Assembly: GCF_000018105.1 (NCBI RefSeq)
Contig: NC_009926.1
Location: forward strand, 30,001 to 62,000
DNA from: Acaryochloris marina MBIC11017
GTDB lineage: Bacteria; Cyanobacteriota; Cyanobacteriia; Thermosynechococcales; Thermosynechococcaceae
Length of the DNA stretch: 32,000 bases
Direction: 5' to 3'
Shown here: in pieces, positions 25,728-32,000 of the stretch
Layout of the letters: each line of letters begins with the position of its first letter
Numbering within the stretch: the first letter of the stretch is position 1
Translations under genes and position numbers: made by a program
Notes under the pieces: generated by a model
The model's database searches: none
The model's input: only the letters and a program-made list of their open reading frames with translations
What the model was told of the DNA's origin: nothing

Positions 25728-26300
25728 ATGCTGAACGCTTCAATCTCACATGAAGATATCGATAATCAACAGGTCACGGCTATAATTTCACACTTGGTTC
25801 GGCTTGGTCGGGAGCAAGATTATGAAGAATGGATCCGTGGCTTCAGTGCTGTTGCTCAGCAGTTTCGTGGTTATGGGGGATTAAATATCCTTCGAACTAG
25901 TGAACAAGTTCATCCTGAATATGTCTTAGTGCTTCGCTTTGACTGCTCAAGCAATTTCAAAGATTGGCTAGAATCGGATACTCGAAGTGAATGGATTGAG
26001 CGTCTGCAGCCTTTGATAGCAAGACCAGAAGATATTCAAGCGATGACCGGATTAGAAACCTGGTTTGTGTTGCCTCAAAAGCTGCATAAGCCATCAATTC
26101 CTCGCTACAAAATGGTGTTAGTAACCTGGCTTGGAGTATTTATTGTTCTAGCGATCCTGACGCGGATTTTGGCTCCTCTTCTATCGATGTTACCTCTGTT
26201 GCTCAATCAGTTGGTTACAACTGGGTTAGTTGCATTACTACTCACCTATGTCGTGATGCCACAGCTAATGAAGCTCTTTCGTCGATGGCTATCGTCTTGA
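25728..26300 (+). CDS. ABM (antibiotic biosynthesis monooxygenase-like) domain protein with C-terminal TM helices
   Basis: There is a ferredoxin-like Dabb pattern (VTAIISHLVRLGREQDYEEWIRGF...YVLVLRFDCSSNFKDWLESD), then two hydrophobic helices (MVLVTWLGVFIVLAIL, LVTTGLVALLLTYVVM). Confidence 0.6.
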   Translation: MLNASISHEDIDNQQVTAIISHLVRLGREQDYEEWIRGFSAVAQQFRGYGGLNILRTSEQVHPEYVLVLRFDCSSNFKDWLESDTRSEWIERLQPLIARPEDIQAMTGLETWFVLPQKLHKPSIPRYKMVLVTWLGVFIVLAILTRILAPLLSMLPLLLNQLVTTGLVALLLTYVVMPQLMKLFRRWLSS

Positions 26301-26391
26301 CGATCACTCCATTCAATCAAATCCTCCATAAGTTTTCAATCGGTTCAAATCCCTTCACCGTATTCTCAAACATGGCTTCCACTCGTTCAAA

Positions 26392-26958
26392 TCAACCTGC
26401 TTCAATTAGCACCGATAAAGTGTTTCTAGCAAACCCTGCGCCATCTGATTTACCTTCAATAGTGGCCATCAAGCTAGCACCTCCAATCAACAGTAAATAT
26501 TGCTGTGAAAATGCTTCAGGCTCCCGAACACCTGCTTCAGTCGCTAACCGCATAACATACTGTCGAATCGATTCTCTCACACTCATCGAGATGTGATGGG
26601 CCGGATGAGAGGCATCTGCAATTTCCAAGACAACGTTGATGAACGGACATCCTCGGAAGCTTGGGTCAGCATACCACTCTTCAAGTACATCAAAGGTTGC
26701 TAGTAAACGGTCCTTCGCAGTATTACCCCGGTCTTCTACAGCCACTTCAAACCACTCTAGCCACTGCATGGCGCGATGCTTCATGACTGCTTCAATCAGT
26801 TCATCTTTAGAGGCAAACCAACGATAAAGCGTACGCTTGGCAACACCAGAGGTAGCAATAACTTCATTGATACCAACATGCTGAGTCCCTTTCTGATAGA
26901 ACAAATCAGAAGCTGTATTCAGAATCTTTCGCTGAGTTTCATTGAGTTTTTGATTCAT
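26392..26958 (-). CDS. TetR-family transcriptional regulator
   Basis: N-terminal HTH ILNTASDLFYQKGTQHVGINEVIATSGVAKRTLYRWFASKDELI. Confidence 0.9.
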   Translation of the reverse strand: MNQKLNETQRKILNTASDLFYQKGTQHVGINEVIATSGVAKRTLYRWFASKDELIEAVMKHRAMQWLEWFEVAVEDRGNTAKDRLLATFDVLEEWYADPSFRGCPFINVVLEIADASHPAHHISMSVRESIRQYVMRLATEAGVREPEAFSQQYLLLIGGASLMATIEGKSDGAGFARNTLSVLIEAG

Positions 26959-26970
26959 TTCTGATTAAGT

Positions 26971-27030
26971 AGACAAGTTTGTCTCCATAGAGTTACGATA
27001 TCACCAACCGCAGGGAGACAGACTTGTCTC
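26971..27030. promoter_or_regulatory. Two related palindromes in the TetR/CMD divergent intergenic region (candidate TetR operators)
   Basis: AGACAAgtTTGTCT at 26971-26984 and GAGACAgactTGTCTC at 27015-27030. Confidence 0.55.
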
Positions 27031-27059
27031 TCAATAGATATAGTTATGAAACTGAACTT

Positions 27060-27617
27060 ATGGACTTCAAAATTTACACCCTTGAGACAGCTCCAGATGA
27101 GTCTAAGGGAGCACTCCAACAGGCTGAACAAACGTTCAAATTTATCCCAAATCTGGAAGGAATCCTTGCAGAATCTCCAGCTACCTTAAAAAGTGGTATG
27201 GCACTTTGGGATCTATTCGAGACAACCAGTTTTACTCCCATTGAGCAACAAGTTATTTATCTCACTGCTAACTATGAGCACGAATGTAGTTATTGCGTGG
27301 CTGCACACTCTGGTTTAGCCAAGATGGTTGGAATGTCTGCAGAAGATATTGAGGCAATTCGCAATGGCAAACCCCTAATAGACCAAAAGTTGCAGGCACT
27401 ACGACATTTCACCAAAAGAATGATTTCAGAAAGAGGTTGGGTAGGTGATGAGGAGATTGAAGAATTTTTGGCAGCAGGGTATACCCGGCAACAAATTTTA
27501 GAAGTGATTTTAGGTATTGCCGTAAAAGTCATTCACAATTACACAAATCATATTGCTAAAACTCCTTTAGATAAGGCTTTTCAGCCCTATACATGGTCAA
27601 AGCCTTCTGTCCCTTAG
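27060..27617 (+). CDS. Carboxymuconolactone decarboxylase / AhpD-like family protein
   Basis: CxxC-His motif EHECSYCVAAHS. The gene is divergent from the TetR gene. I preferred the ATG at 27060 over the TTG at 27024 given in the track. Confidence 0.8.
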   Translation: MDFKIYTLETAPDESKGALQQAEQTFKFIPNLEGILAESPATLKSGMALWDLFETTSFTPIEQQVIYLTANYEHECSYCVAAHSGLAKMVGMSAEDIEAIRNGKPLIDQKLQALRHFTKRMISERGWVGDEEIEEFLAAGYTRQQILEVILGIAVKVIHNYTNHIAKTPLDKAFQPYTWSKPSVP

Positions 27618-27641
27618 AAAGCCATCAACATAACATGCTAT

Positions 27642-27879
27642 ATGATGCAGTTTGTTGAATTAGAAACCCCAATCTTTAGCCTCAACCCCAGCCCCCCGAC
27701 TGCCCAATCCTGACACTCCAATTCCCAAGCTCTCAGATCAGACAGCATTTCCCGAAAAGTACCTGAAAGCACATGGCAAAATGAGCGGGAGCCAGGATCT
27801 GCAAAGTGGAAAAGAACCATCGAAATTCACGGCTATCTTCCAGACCACTCCAAAATTATTTATACAATGTCCCTTTTAA
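27642..27879 (+). pseudogene. Frameshifted, truncated paralog of OrfY (20462-21013)
   Basis: Frame 1 reads MMQFVELETPIFSLNPSPPTAQS*, compared with OrfY MTPPIVALNPKPVPKT. From 27721 the +1 frame reads IPKLSDQTAFPEKYLKAHGK..., compared with OrfY PKLVSRTAFPKKTPEGT, and stops at 27877-27879. Confidence 0.6.
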
Positions 27880-27961
27880 TGAACGCATGCTGGTCAGGGT
27901 ATCTTTGAATTCAGTTCAGATTTGTCCACCTCTTATAAAAGTCTGATTAATCGATTTTTTG

Positions 27962-28771
27962 CTACCTTAGTTCAAAGTAACGGTTCCAAATCTGATTCAA
28001 GGCAAGATGGATAAATATTGAAGTGGTCTTAACATGTTTTTTCCAAAACTTTGTCGGTTCTTGAAAGAACCTATAGATCCACTCAAAACCTATTTCCTTC
28101 ATCCAAGTGGGTACGCTGGAATTCAAACCTGCATAAGCTGGAAAGGCTCCACCAACACCGATCATGACTGCCTCAATCTGATTCTTATGTTCAGCCATCC
28201 AATATTCTTGTTTAGGAGAGCTATAGGCAATCATCACCAGCCCTGCACCACTGTGTTTAATCCGCTGTATCAGCTTTTGCCTTTGATCTAGTGTTAAGGG
28301 TCGAATAGGTAAAGGTTCCATTCCTGCAATCAGCAGCTCTGGAAAATCTTGTGCAAGTCGATGTCTCATCTTTTGCAGTATCAGGCACTGTGAACCTAGA
28401 AAGAAAATGCTGACCTTCTGCTGAGAAGCTTTCTGACAAAGGCATTGCATTAAATTTAAGCTCGTTACTATTTCTTGTGTTTTCACTCCCATTCTCTTCA
28501 GCAGCCACACCAATGGCATAGCATTTGGTGTGACTATGTCAGAATCGTTCAGCACTTCACCAAAGCTAGGTTTTTGATGAGCATCAACTAGCATATGAGT
28601 ATTTGCAATGCAGACCATTTTACTTTTGTGTTGCTTTGCCCAAACTAGGATTACATTAACCAGCACATCAATAGGGGCTGCAGTGATGAGAGAGCCAATG
28701 ACATCTATTCGAAGCGGTTCCATATCAGTTGAGAATAGCTCTGAATTAGGATCTTTGGCTAGCATTTCCAT
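27962..28771 (-). CDS. WecG/TagA/CpsF-family (GT26) glycosyltransferase
   Basis: GVGGAFPAYAGLNSSVPTWMKEIGFEWIYRFFQEPTKFWKKH matches the family C-terminal signature. The start is placed at the internal Met(s) after GAAGGAG; the track ORF extends to 28861. Confidence 0.8.
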   Translation of the reverse strand: MEMLAKDPNSELFSTDMEPLRIDVIGSLITAAPIDVLVNVILVWAKQHKSKMVCIANTHMLVDAHQKPSFGEVLNDSDIVTPNAMPLVWLLKRMGVKTQEIVTSLNLMQCLCQKASQQKVSIFFLGSQCLILQKMRHRLAQDFPELLIAGMEPLPIRPLTLDQRQKLIQRIKHSGAGLVMIAYSSPKQEYWMAEHKNQIEAVMIGVGGAFPAYAGLNSSVPTWMKEIGFEWIYRFFQEPTKFWKKHVKTTSIFIHLALNQIWNRYFELR

Positions 28772-29482
28772 AGACTCCTTCAAATAAAAAGTAGGCAAAA
28801 AAGCTACTTGGGAGGAAGGGATAAAAGCTGTAACACTTTCTACTAATAGAGCAATAAGCATAATTGAGGATTAAAGCTTGGCTCTATTTCCAGTGATATT
28901 AGCGACCTCAAGAAGAAGAATATTTTTAAATGCTTAGCATGTCAGTCTAAAACGGCAAGGAAAAAGTGAAAATTATGTAGAAGACAGTGATACGCTATAT
29001 GGAAAAATATGTAATTAAGTAGAATAGAAAGATATAAGATTTATTCTCTCAATATACGTAAATAATTTTAAATCATATTCTTATGAATAAGCTTATTCAG
29101 CTAGTGATCTAAATATAGACACCAGTTAGAATTCTTGCTAGATTGAGATTTATCCCAATAGAGTAGTCAGTAGCTAAGTTAATTTACGTTTTTTACTTCA
29201 TGATTTTAGCCTTTTCATTCTGTTATAAAAATAGATAAATGGAGAATTGTTAAAAAGATTTGTAGACTTTTTAGATAGTCAGTATTTAGCAAGTATAAAG
29301 ACAGATAACTAGGGATTGATTAAAGTCGGTTTAACTAAGAAATTATCTCATAGACTTTATCTTATAGAATTGCTTAAAAGGTACAGTAGCTCATAATAAT
29401 CCCAATCTTAAACCTTGGTTAAAGAGTAAGTGATGTTTATTAGTAAAGACCTCGTTCTTTCTCAACTTTGAAGTCTCTGCAT

Positions 29483-29498
29483 TAGAATAACCGCAAGT
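29483..29498 (+). promoter_or_regulatory. Conserved -10-like box plus leader TAGAATAACCGCAAGT (cassette copy C)
   Basis: See 18461-18476. It lies 22 nt upstream of the ATG at 29521. Confidence 0.55.
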
Positions 29499-29520
29499 CT
29501 GCATCTATGGAGCTTCCTCC

Positions 29521-29559
29521 ATGCTCTCTGTGACTATCGAAAAGCTCAAAATAGATTTG
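29521..29559 (+). pseudogene. Remnant of the OrfX N-terminus (13 codons), read through into unrelated sequence
   Basis: MLSVTIEKLKIDL compares with MPSATIDKLNQLK, and similarity ends after about 13 codons. The 148-aa track ORF 29521..29967 is therefore probably chimeric. Confidence 0.4.
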
Positions 29560-29742
29560 ACATTCTCGCGTGTTGACCGCAAGATAGGATACCCAGCCTT
29601 AAGTGCATGCGCTCAATATCGAGCAAACTATAGGGTCGAAGAAAGTTGTTCGACACTAACTGGTTTGATCAAAGAGGGCGTCAATTTTCGTGCTTATTTT
29701 TTGTATATAGACCATCGATACCGACCTCACTGTTGTTCAAGG

Positions 29743-29967
29743 ATGACCGAATTTATGTCTACGACGATTAGCATTCTGGCTGGTATCCCTGAGGAGCTTC
29801 ATGAGACGTTGATAAATTACTTGGAAGACCATCCTGATTGGGATCAAGATCGGGTTTTCTCAGCGGCACTATCATTATTTCTGATGCAGTACGGTCAATC
29901 AGACCGTAGGACAGCTCGTGTTTATCTGGATAGTCTATTTAAGAAAGATTTGCCAACCGCTTGTTAA
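29743..29967 (+). CDS. Small conserved cyanobacterial protein (DUF2811-like, identified from memory)
   Basis: MTEFMSTTISILAGIPEELHETLINYLEDHPDWDQDRVFSAALSLFLMQYG. The internal ATG is at 29743 (or 29755). The stop TAA overlaps the next ATG (TAATG). Confidence 0.5.
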   Translation: MTEFMSTTISILAGIPEELHETLINYLEDHPDWDQDRVFSAALSLFLMQYGQSDRRTARVYLDSLFKKDLPTAC

Positions 29968-30440
29968 TGCCGACCCCCCAGCCAATCTCCAGTCTAACCA
30001 TCCACCTCACCTCTGAACACCTTGGCTTCCTCGCCTATCTCTACCCCAAAGAAGATCCAGAAGACGCACTGATCAAGCTCCTCGATAGTGCCCGAACCCG
30101 AGCCATTCGCAGAGCAGAACAGCAAGTGAGAGTCCTTCATCTAGACCAGGAAGAACCCGAGGCCCCCGAGGAAGACCCCGAGGAACCCGTGAACTTGTCT
30201 GGTGATGTGGTGGAGAATCCGATTGGGACATTGCAGGAGTTGTGTCAACGGCAGCAAATCTCTATGCCCAGCTATGAGTTTGAGACAATACCAGAAGGAT
30301 TTCGCTGTTCAGTGCAGGCGATGGGCTTGCGGGGAGTTGGTGAGGGGGTGTCGAAGAAGAAAGCGAAGATGGGGGCTGCGAGGAAATTGTTGGGAAGGGG
30401 TTGTTTTGGGATGGATAGAGAATCCCAGCAATCAGAATAA
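29967..30440 (+). CDS. RHH + dsRBD-like fusion protein, paralog of 19570-20043
   Basis: SLTIHLTSEHLGFLAYLYPKEDPEDALIKLLDSARTRAIRRAEQQV, then an acidic linker, then NPIGTLQELCQRQQISMPSYEF..FRCSVQAMGLRGVGEGVSKKKAKMGAARKLL. Confidence 0.75.
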   Translation: MPTPQPISSLTIHLTSEHLGFLAYLYPKEDPEDALIKLLDSARTRAIRRAEQQVRVLHLDQEEPEAPEEDPEEPVNLSGDVVENPIGTLQELCQRQQISMPSYEFETIPEGFRCSVQAMGLRGVGEGVSKKKAKMGAARKLLGRGCFGMDRESQQSE

Positions 30441-31205
30441 ATTAGGATTCATAAAGTCGTCGAGAGACCAATCTTTATGGGAATTATCTAGTACCCGAAC
30501 ACTATTTTTATCCATTCCCTCATTGACCACCTTAGAACGAACTCTTTTAGGCTTTACTTGAATCCCAAATTGATTAAGCCAAGAAATATCTAGCTCCCAT
30601 TCATACTTGCTTCTTTTGATCCAAACCTGAAACTGGTCATCGACATATTTTTGGGTTTTAGGCATCGTCCAGTGGTTGACTTTAGCGAGATGCTGATCAG
30701 CAATCTCTCCTCTACCCTTTACATTAGCTAAACCCCTGTGTTTGACCTCATGACAGGATGGGCAAAGAGCGATTAACCCTTCCAACTTTTGGATATGCTG
30801 GTCATCATCGTAGTGCCAAATTTCGTGACATTCAACAGGGTGCTTGGGTCCACGCCCACCACAAACCTCACAGCGATTATTAGCCTTCTCATATGTCATT
30901 TTCCTTAGCTCATTCCAATCCTCTTTACTCACTTCAGAACGAACATTAGAGAACCAGCAGGATCGAGGGACTAATTCAATAGTCAATAATTGGCGTGGCT
31001 TAGCTTTCCCTTCTTTAGTGTTCTTCGCTTCAATCAGCCCTTGGCTTCTAAGGGATTCCATCACATCAACTAAGCCCAGTGGTTTGCATTGATAATATAA
31101 CCACCCTGGTTGATACCCCTTTGCTTTACGCTTAGCTTCCAACTCCAAAACCCGGTCGGTATCCAGAGTAGAAAATTTAGATAAATTAGGTTTTTCTGAT
31201 TGCAT
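30432..31205 (-). CDS. HNH-motif endonuclease-like protein
   Basis: CEVCGG...ECHEIWHY...LIALCPSCHEVKH is a Cys4/His HNH zinc-finger pattern. Its 3' end overlaps the convergent dsRBD gene by 9 nt. Confidence 0.7.
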   Translation of the reverse strand: MQSEKPNLSKFSTLDTDRVLELEAKRKAKGYQPGWLYYQCKPLGLVDVMESLRSQGLIEAKNTKEGKAKPRQLLTIELVPRSCWFSNVRSEVSKEDWNELRKMTYEKANNRCEVCGGRGPKHPVECHEIWHYDDDQHIQKLEGLIALCPSCHEVKHRGLANVKGRGEIADQHLAKVNHWTMPKTQKYVDDQFQVWIKRSKYEWELDISWLNQFGIQVKPKRVRSKVVNEGMDKNSVRVLDNSHKDWSLDDFMNPNLF

Positions 31206-31469
31206 TTTCGATTATTTCAACTCTTCATGTTTAGCGTCAGCGATTGCATTAGTTTTGAGTAATCTAATGAAATTTTTAATTCAGAAAAGTATAAAAGCAA
31301 TATTCCGATTGAATAAGAAGAATTTGCTCTAGATCATAAATATATTTCAAGATTTAAGCTGTTTTAGGAATTTAAATAAAATTAAAATCGAGGTTATAGG
31401 AAAGGAAGTACTCTTTATTGGGGCTTTCAGCGAGTATTCTAGAAATCGTTCTCTTGGACAGGATTAATC

Positions 31470-32000
31470 GTGCCTTCGCCAACAGCCAATGATCATCAAG
31501 GACCGACCTCAGAGCCGATCAACCATTTGATTGACGAGCAGATGGATCAGATTACTGATCCCAATCTCCCGTTCATGGAGAAATTTGGTAGGGCGGCGCT
31601 TCAGGTTGCAATCGCTGTCCACGAAACAGAAGGCAGAGGCATGATATTGGGATTGCAGAGTCCCAGTTCCAAAAAGTTTGTCTACGTTCAGGAGGAGAAA
31701 ACTGCCATCGCATTGTGGATGACCGCCGTCTCCATTAAGCGCAAGGTCGCTCAACTGATTGAGCAATATGACCCTGATCGAGAAGCTGTGGTAGTCATGG
31801 TCGTTTCCCCGACCGTTCAGTTGTATCGAGCATCAGCAGGCAAGATGGACCTGGTTGAAATTCAAGAGGTGGAGCAAACCTCCATCAAACTACCCGCTGG
31901 TGTGAAGATTAAATCTGAACAACAGGGGCAGGTTTTTACCTACAACTTCACCCATCAGAAGTTAGGGAAACTGGGTCGAATTGTCGTCAAACCTCATCGT
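31470..32000 (+). CDS. Hypothetical protein, 5' part (frame open to the right edge of the window)
   Basis: Absent from the ORF track because no stop is reached. The frame opens after TAG at 31440-31442 and starts at GTG 31470 (or ATG 31542). It reads VPSPTANDHQGPTSEPINHLIDEQMDQITDPNLPFMEKFGRAALQVAIAVHETEGRG... for 177 codons without a stop. Composition is higher-GC, coding-like. Confidence 0.55.
   Translation, partial: MPSPTANDHQGPTSEPINHLIDEQMDQITDPNLPFMEKFGRAALQVAIAVHETEGRGMILGLQSPSSKKFVYVQEEKTAIALWMTAVSIKRKVAQLIEQYDPDREAVVVMVVSPTVQLYRASAGKMDLVEIQEVEQTSIKLPAGVKIKSEQQGQVFTYNFTHQKLGKLGRIVVKPHR

Noticed and set aside
26285-26596. 103-aa plus-strand ORF overlapping the 3' end of the ABM gene and the TetR gene
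   Set aside because: It is antisense to a well-supported TetR regulator, has no motif and no plausible Shine-Dalgarno.
31509-31766. 85-aa minus-strand ORF from the track
   Set aside because: It lies antisense within a longer plus-strand frame (31470 to the window end, 177 codons without a stop) that has a more protein-like sequence. It is judged spurious.
1-32000. tRNA, rRNA or tmRNA genes and known riboswitch-like leaders
   Set aside because: Reading the intergenic regions turned up no cloverleaf-compatible or rRNA-like segment. A covariance-model scan (tRNAscan-SE, Infernal/Rfam) would be needed to exclude small RNAs.

Overview
Mosaic, plasmid-like cyanobacterial DNA. The taxon call rests on three HIP1 octamers (GCGATCGC at 8434, 18301, 23671) plus RRM-type Rbp, SepF-like and DUF2811-like genes. 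Layout: (i) 1-6065 is a minus-strand conjugation/T4SS-type cluster: a VirB3/VirB4-like ATPase, membrane and exported proteins, and a sigma-70-like protein without region 4. (ii) 6932-9940 is a replication module: a prim-pol-type Rep, a translationally coupled small ORF, and an upstream iteron field. The field has 3 x 20 bp at 22-bp phasing plus a 78-bp tandem array x5.5 carrying the same core. (iii) ~9944-18290 is a visibly AT-rich island. It encodes a 707-aa protein with a C-terminal XRE HTH, two tandem ParB/Srx-fold paralogs (one with a degenerate methyltransferase-like tail), an NB-ARC/TPR STAND NTPase with an unassigned N-terminal domain, and a class I SAM methyltransferase. Its right edge truncates an ssb-like gene. 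(iv) 18258-30440 holds three mosaic copies of an uncharacterised cassette: a conserved TAGAATRRCCGCAAGT promoter/leader, OrfX, an RHH-dsRBD fusion protein and a divergent SSB-like gene, plus SepF-like and OrfY genes. Ordinary accessory genes are interleaved (MscS channel, VOC, Rbp, PII-like, ABM, TetR + AhpD/CMD, WecG/TagA glycosyltransferase). (v) An HNH endonuclease and an open-ended CDS lie at the right edge. I recognised no rRNA, tRNA, CRISPR, integrase, transposase or reverse transcriptase. All family calls come from motif recognition by eye, not from database searches.
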